From positions 1,612,315 through 1,676,314 of the forward strand of contig OZ244186.1 of assembly GCA_965216625.1 (NCBI GenBank): a DNA stretch of 64,000 nucleotides, read 5' to 3'. This DNA comes from Alphaproteobacteria bacterium. Lineage in GTDB: Bacteria; Pseudomonadota; Alphaproteobacteria; JABAAW01. The notes under the pieces were generated by a model that was given only the letters and a program-made list of their open reading frames with translations, did no database searches and had not been told where the DNA came from. A program made the position numbers and the translations under genes. Shown here in pieces: positions 49,214-58,482 of the stretch. Position 1 is the stretch's first letter; every line of letters begins with the position of its first letter.

Positions 49214-49738
49214 ATGGATCTTTCCAAGATTTCCTCTGGCAAAAATCCTCCCGAAGACATTTATGTCGTCGTCGAGGTGCCGATGAACGCAGCGCCCGTC
49301 AAGTACGAGATGGATAAGGATTCGGGCGCGCTCTTCGTCGATCGCTTTCTTTCGACCGCCATGTTTTATCCCGCCAACTACGGGTTCATTCCCCACACCA
49401 TGTCCGGCGACGGCGACCCCTGCGATGCGTTGGTGTTGGGACAGATTCCTGTCTTGCCAGGCGCCGTCTTGCGCGCGCGTCCGATCGGCGCGCTCTCCAT
49501 GGAGGACGAAAGCGGCGAGGACGAAAAAATCCTCTGCGTGCCGCACGACAAGCTGCACAGCTACTACGAGGGCTGTACGAGCATCGATGACTTGCCTTCG
49601 ATCGTGCGCGAGCAGATCGTGCATTTCTTCGAGCGTTACAAAGATTTGGAAAAAAACAAGTGGGTAAAAATGCGCGGCTGGGAATCCGCCGAGCGAGCGA
49701 GAGACCTGATCGTCGAGGCACTGAAGCGCGCCGCCTGA
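49214..49738 (+). CDS. ppa: Inorganic pyrophosphatase
   Basis: KYEMDK, YPANYGFIP, DGDPCD, DEKIL. Confidence 0.96.
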   Translation: MDLSKISSGKNPPEDIYVVVEVPMNAAPVKYEMDKDSGALFVDRFLSTAMFYPANYGFIPHTMSGDGDPCDALVLGQIPVLPGAVLRARPIGALSMEDESGEDEKILCVPHDKLHSYYEGCTSIDDLPSIVREQIVHFFERYKDLEKNKWVKMRGWESAERARDLIVEALKRAA

Positions 49739-49793
49739 CCCCGTTTTCCCGCCAAGGCATCAACGAGGAAGCAAAGACCAAGAAGCAAAGATA

Positions 49794-50555
49794 ATGGCAG
49801 GACATTCCAAGTTCAAAAACATCATGTTTCGCAAGGGCGCGCAGGACAAAAAGCGCGCTCGACGGTTTGCGAAGCTGTCGCGCGAAATCTCGGTTGCGGT
49901 GAAGATGGGCGGTAGCGATGCTGGCAGCAATCCGCGCTTGCGAACCGCGATGCTCTCCGCGCGCAGCGAGAACATGCCGAACGACAACATCGCGCGCGCC
50001 ATCGCCAAAGCCGCCGGGGAAGGTGCGGAGGTTTTGTACGAAGAGATTCGCTACGAGGGCTACGCGCTCGGAGGGGTTGCCGTGATGGTCGAGGTGCTTA
50101 CCGACAATCGCAACCGCGCGAGCGCACAGGTGCGCTCGCTGTTTTCCAAGTTCGGCGGCTCTTTGGGCGAGCCTGGAACGGTCGTTTTTCTCTTCAAGCG
50201 TTGCGGCGAGATTCGCCTAAGGCGCGAAAAGGCGAGCGAGGAAGCTCTCTTCGATGCGGCGTTGGAGGTGGGCGCAGAAGAGGTCGTCTCCGAGGCGGAG
50301 GAACACAATGTCATGTGCGATGCGAACGACTTGCACAAAATTGCCTCGCATCTGCAGCAGACTTTCGGCGAGATCACAGCCGCGCAGCTGATTTGGCAGC
50401 CTCAATCGACGACGCTGGTCGAAGACAAACACGCCGATACCTTGACAAAAATGCTCGACGCTTTGGAAGAGTGCGAGGATGTACAGCAGGTTTGGGCAAA
50501 CTTCGACATGACAGAAGAAACCCTGGCGCGTCTTTCTTCGCAAGAGGAGGGGTGA
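49794..50555 (+). CDS. yebC: YebC/PmpR family regulator
   Basis: MAGHSKF, NPRLR, LTDNRNR. Confidence 0.95.
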   Translation: MAGHSKFKNIMFRKGAQDKKRARRFAKLSREISVAVKMGGSDAGSNPRLRTAMLSARSENMPNDNIARAIAKAAGEGAEVLYEEIRYEGYALGGVAVMVEVLTDNRNRASAQVRSLFSKFGGSLGEPGTVVFLFKRCGEIRLRREKASEEALFDAALEVGAEEVVSEAEEHNVMCDANDLHKIASHLQQTFGEITAAQLIWQPQSTTLVEDKHADTLTKMLDALEECEDVQQVWANFDMTEETLARLSSQEEG

Positions 50556-50568
50556 AAACTCGCGTCGT

Positions 50569-51099
50569 ATGCGCATTCTCGGCATCGACCCCGGCCTGAC
50601 AGCAACAGGATGGGGCGTGATCGAACGCGAGGGCAGCAACTTGCGCTATCGAGATTGCGGCACTGTAAAAGTGCCACAAACGCTCGCTCTCTCAGCTCGC
50701 CTTGCGCATCTTTTGGAATGCCTGTCTAGCATCGTCTCGAAGTGCTGTCCTGACGAGGTGGCGTTGGAAGCCGTTTTCTTGGGAAAAAATCCTCGCGCCG
50801 CATTCGCGCTCGGACAAGCGCGCGCCATAGCCCTGTTGGCAAGCGTCGGTCGCCCTTGCGTCGAGTATGCGCCGCGCACGGTGAAACGCGCCGTCAGCGC
50901 ATCAGGAGCGAGCGACAAGCAGCAGGTGCGATTCATGATGACACGCCTATTTTCCGAAAGCCGCAAAGCACTCGACGAGGCGTCCGAGCATGCCATCGAC
51001 GCGCTCGCGGTCGCTACATGCCATGCCTTGCAACCCGCAAGCAAAAACCTCGTCAAAAACATGAGCGAGAACATGGGCGAAAAACGCGGTGTAGCATGA
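50569..51099 (+). CDS. ruvC: Holliday junction resolvase
   Basis: ILGIDPG, LGQAR, DALAVATCH. Confidence 0.95.
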   Translation: MRILGIDPGLTATGWGVIEREGSNLRYRDCGTVKVPQTLALSARLAHLLECLSSIVSKCCPDEVALEAVFLGKNPRAAFALGQARAIALLASVGRPCVEYAPRTVKRAVSASGASDKQQVRFMMTRLFSESRKALDEASEHAIDALAVATCHALQPASKNLVKNMSENMGEKRGVA

Positions 51100-51773
51100 T
51101 CGCCTTCTTGGAGGGACGCATCGAGACCCTCGATGACAGCGGTGTCGTGCTGCTGTGCGGCGGAGTCGGAATTGGCTTCCGCCTGCTATGCTCCGCGCAC
51201 ACGCGCGCGCGTATGACAGAGGGTGAGGAAACGAGGCTTTTCGTCGTGCTGCAAGCGCGCGACGGCGACCTCAAACTCTACGGCTTTTTCGAGCCTGCCG
51301 AACGCGACGCATTTCAACTGCTGTTGAGCGTTCAAGGCATCGGCGGCAAACTCGCGCTCACGGTGCTCTCGCACCTGGAGCGCACTGCCCTCGCGCGCGC
51401 GATCACCGCGCACGACAAGGCATCGTTGCAAGCCGTCCCAGGCTTGGGCGCGCGCACGGCGCAGCGTCTGATTACCGAGCTCGAAGGAAAAATGGGCGCG
51501 CTGCACGATGCCCTTGCAGCGAGCGCCGATACGCGCTTGGCGAACGCGCTCCAACCCTCTGACGACGAGCGGCTTTGGCTCGATCTCGCCGATGCGCTCG
51601 AATCGCTGGGCTTCGAGCGCGCCGAGACAGGACGAGCACTCCAAGCCTTGCGCCGCGAAGAAAAACCCGAAAGCCTGAACGAAGCCTTGCGAAAAGCCTT
51701 GAAAATGCTGCGTCCCTCCCGACGCACAGAAAGAGACGAGACGGCAACCTCGCGCACACAAGCACGACGATGA
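51096..51773 (+). CDS. ruvA: Holliday junction branch migration protein RuvA
   Basis: MIAFLEG, LYGF, VQGIGGKLA, VPGLGARTA. Confidence 0.93.
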   Translation: MIAFLEGRIETLDDSGVVLLCGGVGIGFRLLCSAHTRARMTEGEETRLFVVLQARDGDLKLYGFFEPAERDAFQLLLSVQGIGGKLALTVLSHLERTALARAITAHDKASLQAVPGLGARTAQRLITELEGKMGALHDALAASADTRLANALQPSDDERLWLDLADALESLGFERAETGRALQALRREEKPESLNEALRKALKMLRPSRRTERDETATSRTQARR

Positions 51774-52882
51774 CAGAAAAAACCGCACAACCGCGAATCG
51801 TCTCGCCCGAACCTATCGAGCAAGAAGAGTCACCGCAAGAATCAACGCAAGAATCTTCGCAAGAATCTTCGCAAGGTGCACTTCGCCCGACGCGTTTTTC
51901 GGACTTTATCGGTCAAGAATCGCTCTGTCGCAACCTTTCGGTGTTTTTGGAATCGGCACGCTTACGCGGCGAGCCACTAGATCACCTATTGCTGTGCGGT
52001 CCTCCTGGTTTGGGTAAGACGACCTTGGCGCGCATCGTCGCCGCCGAGATGAACGCGCCCTTTCGTGCCACCTCAGGACCTGTTGTGACGAAGGCGGGCG
52101 AGCTCGCGGCGTTGCTGACGGATTGCGAAGCGGGAGAGGTGTTCTTTATCGACGAGATTCATCGCTTGCCGAGCGCGGTCGAAGAGCTGCTGTATGGTGC
52201 GATGGAAGATCGTAGCTTGGATATCGTGATCGGCGCAGGGGCGAGCGCGCGCTCGGTGCGTCTTTCGCTTGCCCCTTTCACGCTGGTGGGGGCGACGACT
52301 CGCCCTGGGTTAATCGCGCGTCCTCTGCGCGAGCGATTCGGCATCCCGCTGGATTTTGTGTTTTACGAGACGCATGAACTCGCAGAGATTTTACGCCGCG
52401 CAGCACGGCGTAGCGCGCTTCCTGTCCCGCTGAGCGAGGAGGGTGCTTTGACGATCGCAACCCGCAGCCGTGCGACACCGCGCATCGCGTTGCGTCTCTT
52501 GCGCCGCATCGCCGACTTTGCCATCGTTGCGCGCACGCAAGAGATCGACCAACGCTGTGCCGAGCAAGCCTTGCAGCAGTTGGGCGTAGACGAGGGCGGC
52601 TTGGACAGGTTAGATCGCGACTACCTCTCCCTGTTGGCGTCGCGCTTCGGGGGTGGTCCTGCGGGAGTGGAGACGCTGGCAGCAGCCCTCTCGCAGGAAA
52701 AAGATGTCTTGGAGGAAGTCGTCGAGCCTTTCTTGTTGCAGCAGGGGTTGCTGGAAAAAACAGCGCGAGGGAGACAATTAAGCACCGCAGGATGGACGCG
52801 ATGCGGAATCAAACGCACGCGCAAAAATCAGCACGAGCCGCAAGAAGATATCTTCTCAGAAAAATCGCCCGAAAAATCGTAG
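51770..52882 (+). CDS. ruvB: Holliday junction helicase RuvB
   Basis: LRPTRFSDFIGQ, GPPGLGKTT, FIDEIHRL, GATTR. Confidence 0.96.
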   Translation: MTEKTAQPRIVSPEPIEQEESPQESTQESSQESSQGALRPTRFSDFIGQESLCRNLSVFLESARLRGEPLDHLLLCGPPGLGKTTLARIVAAEMNAPFRATSGPVVTKAGELAALLTDCEAGEVFFIDEIHRLPSAVEELLYGAMEDRSLDIVIGAGASARSVRLSLAPFTLVGATTRPGLIARPLRERFGIPLDFVFYETHELAEILRRAARRSALPVPLSEEGALTIATRSRATPRIALRLLRRIADFAIVARTQEIDQRCAEQALQQLGVDEGGLDRLDRDYLSLLASRFGGGPAGVETLAAALSQEKDVLEEVVEPFLLQQGLLEKTARGRQLSTAGWTRCGIKRTRKNQHEPQEDIFSEKSPEKS

Positions 52883-52889
52883 AGGCACG

Positions 52890-53363
52890 ATGACGCTACT
52901 CGATCAAAAAAGTCTTGCCGATCAAAAAAGCACTGCCACAAACGACAGGGTGTGGCGATATTCGCTACGCGTCTATTACGAGGACACGGACGCAGGGGGG
53001 GTGGTTTATTACGCGAACTATCTCAAGTTTGCCGAGCGCGCGCGCAGCGCGTTGTTGCGCGAGGGGGGTATGGCGGTCTCGCACATGGCGGCTACGCGCA
53101 GCATCCTTTTCGTCGTTCAGTATTGCAGCTGCCGCTATGCGCGTGCGGCGCGTCTCGACGATCTGCTGATGGTCGAGACGCTTTGTCTCCAAGCGCGCGG
53201 CGCACGCTTGGAGCTGCGGCAGAATGTTCTGTTGGAGAAAAACGCTACATTGCTAGCCGAGCTTGAGGTCACGCTCGCGCTGGTCGATGCGCAAACGCAC
53301 AAACCCCGCCGTATGCCCTCCGATGTGGCAGCCTTGTTTGGCGGGCATTGCGAAAGGAAATAA
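52890..53363 (+). CDS. ybgC: Tol-Pal-associated acyl-CoA thioesterase
   Basis: RVYYEDTDAGGVVYYANYL. Confidence 0.93.
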   Translation: MTLLDQKSLADQKSTATNDRVWRYSLRVYYEDTDAGGVVYYANYLKFAERARSALLREGGMAVSHMAATRSILFVVQYCSCRYARAARLDDLLMVETLCLQARGARLELRQNVLLEKNATLLAELEVTLALVDAQTHKPRRMPSDVAALFGGHCERK

Positions 53364-53443
53364 TTTGCTACACTATTTTTGTTGCGAAGTTTCGACTTAA
53401 GGTTTTACTTTAGCTTACGCCCTCTAACTTTCACTCCTTGTTT

Positions 53444-54133
53444 ATGTCTCAAGAATCGTTCGGTTTCGCCTCGCTATTGTTGTCTGCGCACTGGGTTGTG
53501 CAGCTTGTTCTCGCTTTGCTGGCATTTTTCTCGGTTTTGAGCTGGGCCGTCGCGCTGAAAAAATACGCCGAGATGAAGACAACCGTTTTTCTGAACCACC
53601 GCTTTTGGCTGCGCTTCCACCGCGAGAGCTCGATTCTGAAACTCTCGCAAGAGCTGCGCGAGGGCGACCGCTGTCCCTTAGTGCGCCTGTTTCTTTCGGC
53701 GATGGAGGAGTGGAAGATTTCGACCAAACACCGCCACGCACAAAGGCAAACTTTGGAAGAGCGTATCGCGCGCATCTTGAGTTTGCGCCTGCTGGAGGAA
53801 AACGCACGGAGCGAACGCCTTTTGCCCGTCCTCGCCACGATAGGCTCGAGCGCGCCCTTCGTGGGGCTGTTCGGCACGGTGTGGGGCATCATGAACAGCT
53901 TCCGCTCGATCGCAGCGACCCAACAATCGAGCCTCGCCGTCGTCGCACCCGGCATCGCCGAGGCGCTTTTTGCAACCGCGCTCGGACTGGTCGCCGCCAT
54001 TCCGGCGACGATCTTCTACAACCTGCTGCTAGTGCGCGCCAATCGCATCCACTTGGATTTGGAAGCCTTCGTCGAGCAACTGACGATAAGATTCTCGCGC
54101 CAGTTCGACGACATGGCAGCTCCTAATCGCTAA
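53444..54133 (+). CDS. tolQ: TolQ
   Basis: LATIGSSAPFVGLFGTVWGIM, APGIAEAL. Confidence 0.93.
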   Translation: MSQESFGFASLLLSAHWVVQLVLALLAFFSVLSWAVALKKYAEMKTTVFLNHRFWLRFHRESSILKLSQELREGDRCPLVRLFLSAMEEWKISTKHRHAQRQTLEERIARILSLRLLEENARSERLLPVLATIGSSAPFVGLFGTVWGIMNSFRSIAATQQSSLAVVAPGIAEALFATALGLVAAIPATIFYNLLLVRANRIHLDLEAFVEQLTIRFSRQFDDMAAPNR

Positions 54134-54169
54134 TCCCTGCTCGTTGATCGCCACACGCGACTTTTTTGT

Positions 54170-54598
54170 ATGCCTGCTCCTCTTCCCTCCGTTCGCGCGC
54201 TCCGCTTTCGTCGGAGGACGCTGATCGATGCCATCAATGTCACCCCCTTCATCGATGTGATGCTGGTACTGCTCGTCATCTTTATGGTCACCGCACCCCT
54301 GTTGAGCGTCGGGTTGGAGGTCGAACTGCCGCAGAGCGACGCCAAACCCCTACAAGCGAAAGAACAACCCCTCGTCGTCTCGATTCGTAAGGACGGATCC
54401 GTCTTCCTGCAAGAAGCACGCGTGACAGAAAAAACGCTCGTCAAACACTTGACGGCACTCGCGGCGGGCAACAGCAATATCGCAATCTACATCCGAGGCG
54501 ACCGCAGGCTGCGCTACGCACAAGTCTTGCGGGTGATGGGACGCATCAATCGCGCAGGATTCGAACGCGTATCGCTCGTCACCGACCAACTGCGATAA
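54170..54598 (+). CDS. tolR: TolR
   Basis: INVTPFIDVMLVLLVIFMVTAP. Confidence 0.92.
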   Translation: MPAPLPSVRALRFRRRTLIDAINVTPFIDVMLVLLVIFMVTAPLLSVGLEVELPQSDAKPLQAKEQPLVVSIRKDGSVFLQEARVTEKTLVKHLTALAAGNSNIAIYIRGDRRLRYAQVLRVMGRINRAGFERVSLVTDQLR

Positions 54599-54641
54599 GC
54601 TAACCGCGTCTATACCCTTCGCCTTGTCGTTTTCTCTTGCC

Positions 54642-55487
54642 ATGAAAGGCTTCCTGCTACGCCCCTTCGACGAGCGTAGCATGTCGGAAACGCTCGCTTT
54701 CTCCGCGCTCGTGCACGCCATGCTGTTCTTTTCTGGCACGCTCCTCGCATGGCTTTTGCCGCGTTATATCGAGCCGTTCCCCTCGACGCGCGTCGAGATC
54801 ATCTCGGAAGCAGAACTGCAACAACGACTCAAAACCTACCGCACCGAAGCGAAAACAACCCCTCGTGAAACTCCACAGCAAGAACAGCCCACGGCTGAAC
54901 AGCCCGCGACTGAACAACCCACGACCGAACAACAAAAAGCAGAGCAACCCACAAATGAGCAGCCCGCAGGACAGAGCGCGGCTGTTAAAAAACCTCCTAA
55001 GGAGCGCGTTGCCGAAAAAACGACAGAAGAAAAGCCTCAAGAAACGATCGATAGTCTGCTCACGGCTTTGGAGGAGACTTCGGACGAGGAAGCGACGTTG
55101 GACGAATCGTTGGACGCGGCGCTGGCAGAATCGGAACCCGAGGCTTCTTTTCTGACCTCCGAGTCCGTTCTGACGCCACGCGAGCTTGCCACCTTCCGCC
55201 GTCACATCACGCAATGCTGGAGCCCGCCGGTCGGCGCGCCTGCGTTGGAGAATCTGGTTGTTGATCTGCTGCTGACCATCGACGGAAATGCCTATGTCGT
55301 CGATGCGCTGGTGATGGATCGAGCGCGTATGACGAGCGATCCTTTTTTTCGTAGCGCTGCAGAGGCCGCCCTGCGCACGCTTTCGGACGCAGCCTGCTCG
55401 CCGTTGCGCCTGCCTTTGGAAAAGCATGCCTTGTGGAAAAAAACGATTCTGCGCTTTGACCCGCGCAGTCTGTTCGGAGGAAACTAG
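54642..55487 (+). CDS. tolA: TolA-like protein
   Basis: TM SALVH motif, low-complexity linker, QCWSPP...RFDP C-terminal domain; between tolR and tolB. Confidence 0.8.
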   Translation: MKGFLLRPFDERSMSETLAFSALVHAMLFFSGTLLAWLLPRYIEPFPSTRVEIISEAELQQRLKTYRTEAKTTPRETPQQEQPTAEQPATEQPTTEQQKAEQPTNEQPAGQSAAVKKPPKERVAEKTTEEKPQETIDSLLTALEETSDEEATLDESLDAALAESEPEASFLTSESVLTPRELATFRRHITQCWSPPVGAPALENLVVDLLLTIDGNAYVVDALVMDRARMTSDPFFRSAAEAALRTLSDAACSPLRLPLEKHALWKKTILRFDPRSLFGGN

Positions 55488-55494
55488 AGGAGAC

Positions 55495-56832
55495 ATGGCG
55501 CGTCTTACCTTCCTGTTGTTCGCAAGCTTGCTGTGGTTTGGTGTTATCTCCAAGCCTGTCTCGGCGCAGTTGCGGATCGACATTCAGGACGGAATTTTCC
55601 GTCCGACAAAGCTTGCGATCACCGACATCGTGCGCAAGCGTGCGGGGCGCAAGACGGCGAGTATTGTGCGTAGCGTTTTGGAATCGGATCTGACGCGCGC
55701 GGGCTTGATCGAGATTGTCGAGCGCGATGCGCTCATACAAACGGCCCTTGCTTTGAACGAGACGCCTCCTTTCGCTGTTTTTCGCATTGCGGGTGCGGAT
55801 GCGCTCGCCACGATTTCGCTCAACAAGAAGGGCAGAGTTCTGACGGCGACCTTGCAGATTTGGGATGTCAACCTAGAGCGTCCGCTTGCACGCGAGACGC
55901 TGAGCGCGCGTTCTGAGCGTGTGCTTGCGCATAAAATCGCGGATGCCATCTACAGCCGTCTGACCGGTGAGAAAGGATATTTCAACAGTCGTATTTTGTA
56001 TGTCTCGGAGATCGTGCGCAAGAAGCGGCGTTGGAAGAGGTTGGAGATCATGGATGCGGACGGTGCGAACGTACGCTATCTGACGCGCGGAAGGCGCACT
56101 TTGGTGTTGAACCCGCGTTTTTCGCCTGACGGCAGCAAGGCGATTTATACGGCACTCACGCGCGAGAGGAGTTCGATTCGTCTGATCGATCTGACGCGCA
56201 AGAATAGAGAGCAGATTTTACCTTTGGGAGAGGGACTTGTTTATGCGGCGCGTTTTTCGCCTGACAATCGCGGCATTGTTTATGCGCAGTCTTTGTCGGG
56301 CAACAGCGAGATTTTCACTTACGATCTTGGGACGCAGCGTCGTCGTCGTCTGACGGTGCATCCTTCGATTGACACTTCTCCTAGTTTTTCTCCGGACGGG
56401 GGTTATGTTGCTTTTGTTTCGGATCGCAGTGGCTCGCCGCAGATTTATGTGATGACGCGGCGCGGCGCGCATGTTCAGCGAGTGAGTTTTGACAAGGGAT
56501 CGTTTTCGACGCCGATATGGTCTCCGCGCGGCGATCGGATTGCTTTCACGCGGCAGCTTTACGGCAGGTTTGGGGTAGGTGTGATGCGCACGGATGGCAG
56601 TGATTTGCGCATTCTTGCTGAGGGATTTCGTGTGGAGGGGCCGAGTTGGTCTCCGAACGGCAGGGTATTAGTTTTCTTTAACAAGCAGCGGACGCCTAGG
56701 GGGGCGCGTGCGGGGAGGTCTCGATTGATGACGGTGGATGTGACGGGGCGGTTTTTGCGGGAGTTGCCGACGAGGCATAACGCTTATGACCCTAGTTGGT
56801 CGCACGCACGCGAGGAGACGGAGGGGGAGTAA
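55495..56832 (+). CDS. tolB: TolB
   Basis: AHKIADAIYSRLTGEKGYF, repeated PxFSPDG propeller motifs. Confidence 0.93.
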   Translation: MARLTFLLFASLLWFGVISKPVSAQLRIDIQDGIFRPTKLAITDIVRKRAGRKTASIVRSVLESDLTRAGLIEIVERDALIQTALALNETPPFAVFRIAGADALATISLNKKGRVLTATLQIWDVNLERPLARETLSARSERVLAHKIADAIYSRLTGEKGYFNSRILYVSEIVRKKRRWKRLEIMDADGANVRYLTRGRRTLVLNPRFSPDGSKAIYTALTRERSSIRLIDLTRKNREQILPLGEGLVYAARFSPDNRGIVYAQSLSGNSEIFTYDLGTQRRRRLTVHPSIDTSPSFSPDGGYVAFVSDRSGSPQIYVMTRRGAHVQRVSFDKGSFSTPIWSPRGDRIAFTRQLYGRFGVGVMRTDGSDLRILAEGFRVEGPSWSPNGRVLVFFNKQRTPRGARAGRSRLMTVDVTGRFLRELPTRHNAYDPSWSHAREETEGE

Positions 56833-56849
56833 AGGACGGACGTTTTGCA

Positions 56850-57225
56850 TTGACGGATGCAAAACATCGCGTGCGCTTGTGTGTGTCTGTTGCGTTCGCG
56901 CTTGTGCTTTTTAATGGCACGCGCTTACGCAACAGACTTGCTTTGTATGATGACGGGCGCAAAACATCGCGTGCGTAGCACGCGGGGAGCGCGAGGGAGT
57001 AATCCCTCGCAAAAGACCCCGCGTCAGCGGGGCGCGATAGCGCCTTCTACACACTTTGCGCGAAGCGCAAAGTGTGTAGCCTCTTATTCCAAAGCGCGAG
57101 GCTTTGCCTCGCGCAAGCATGACTCGTAACATGGTAGAGCGTCTTTAACTTTGCCTAGAAGATAGAGCCGAAAAGAACGCACGAAGTGCGTTTTTCTACG
57201 CGCGTAGCGCGTTTCTGCGAGCGAA
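56850..57225 (-). repeat. Hairpin-rich modular intergenic repeat, copy D (reverse)
   Basis: CGCAAAAGACCCCGCGTCAGCGG at 57008-57030, GTAGCCTCTTATTCCAAAGCGCGAGGC, two TGACGG(AT/GC)GCAAAACATCGCG units. Confidence 0.9.
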
Positions 57226-57237
57226 AACTGCCCTAGC

Positions 57238-57645
57238 CTACCCTACGCCCTGCTCCAACAACAAAGTTGCAAGCCCAATCATTGCCGCCATGAGTGTCGC
57301 AATAACAGAAAATCCTATAACCATCATCTGTCGCAAACCCCTCATCTGCTCCTGCATCGCCTGATTCTCCGCCCTCAACGCCTGATTCTCCGCCTTCGTC
57401 TCTGTCCTCAACGCCTGAAACTGTACATCCATCTTCTCTGCTAACCCTCGAATCTCCGCCTTCAGCTCTATCTTTACCGCCTGAGTCTCCGCCTTCGTCG
57501 CAACCCCCCGCATAATCTCGCGCAAAACATCGCACAGCGCACGAGCTTGCCCCTCGTCCCATCCCCCTTCTCGCAATCGGTCGACAACCCGTTGCGTGTC
57601 AAAACTCACCGCTCCATTCGACACTCTTTCTGTTCCTTCCAACAT
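57238..57645 (-). CDS. CCDC90/DUF1640-like coiled-coil membrane protein
   Basis: FDTQRVVDRLREGGWDEGQARAL, VATKAE, heptad repeats, C-terminal TM segment. Confidence 0.75.
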   Translation of the reverse strand: MLEGTERVSNGAVSFDTQRVVDRLREGGWDEGQARALCDVLREIMRGVATKAETQAVKIELKAEIRGLAEKMDVQFQALRTETKAENQALRAENQAMQEQMRGLRQMMVIGFSVIATLMAAMIGLATLLLEQGVG

Positions 57646-57729
57646 GACGACCCTCTCTCTTTTCCAAAGCCCCCAAAACAAATCTCCTGATTCGAACGAT
57701 ACCTACTCCCCGTCCGAAAGTCAAGCCCG

Positions 57730-58470
57730 CACAGGCGCGCTGCGTGCGTTCTTCTTGTTGTTAGGGTGAGCGAAAACGCAATCGCCGTGCCATTGTTACG
57801 AGTCAGCTCGGGGATAAATTCCCCTTGCGCGAGGCAAGCCTCGCGCTTTTCAATAAGAGGCGCACTGCGTGCGGTTCTTTTTGTCGCTAGGGAGAAGAAA
57901 ACAAAATCGCCGTATCGTGTTAAAAGTCAGCTTGCGCGAGGCAAGCCTCGCGCTTTGGAATAAGAGGCTACGCGCTACGCGCGTAGATAAAGCCCGTATC
58001 TGCCTTTGCGATGCGCGCCTCTTAAAAAGCGCAGGCGAGCAAAGGCAGACAAACACAAACTCTCTACCGTGTTGCGAGTCAGCTTGGGGATGAACTCCCC
58101 TTGCGCACGGCAAGCCTCGCGCTTTTGAATAAGAGGCGCGCTTCGTGCGGTTCTTCTTGTCGTTAGGGCGAGGAGAACTCGAATCGCTGTGCCATGTTGC
58201 TAGTCAGTATTGCGCGAGGCAAGCCTCGCGCTTTTGAATAAGAGGCTACGCGCTTCGCGCGTAGATAAAGCGCACTGCGTGCGCTCCGCTGACGCGGAGT
58301 CTTTTGCGAGGGATTACTCCCTCGCGCTCCCGCGCACGCTTCGCGTGCGCATGTTTTGCATCCGTAAAGACTATCCACCCCCCGCGTCATAGCGTACGGT
58401 TTGCCGTGCGCGTCCATGATGTTGCCAGCACGCGATGTTTTGCATCCGTAAAAACTACCCGCGCCCGTCA
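57730..58470 (+). repeat. Hairpin-rich modular intergenic repeat, copy E (expanded)
   Basis: Four near-identical 36-bp units TTGCGCGAGGCAAGCCTCGCGCTTTTGAATAAGAGG at 57825, 57932, 58101 and 58210; core at 58286-58308; two ATGTTTTGCATCCGTAAA units. Confidence 0.9.
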
Positions 58471-58482
58471 CTCACTCGCGCA

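Noticed and set aside
57825-58245. 36-bp palindromic repeats as a CRISPR array
   Set aside because: Linkers are 71, 133 and 73 bp and homologous to each other, the unit recurs in dispersed elements, and no cas genes are in the window.
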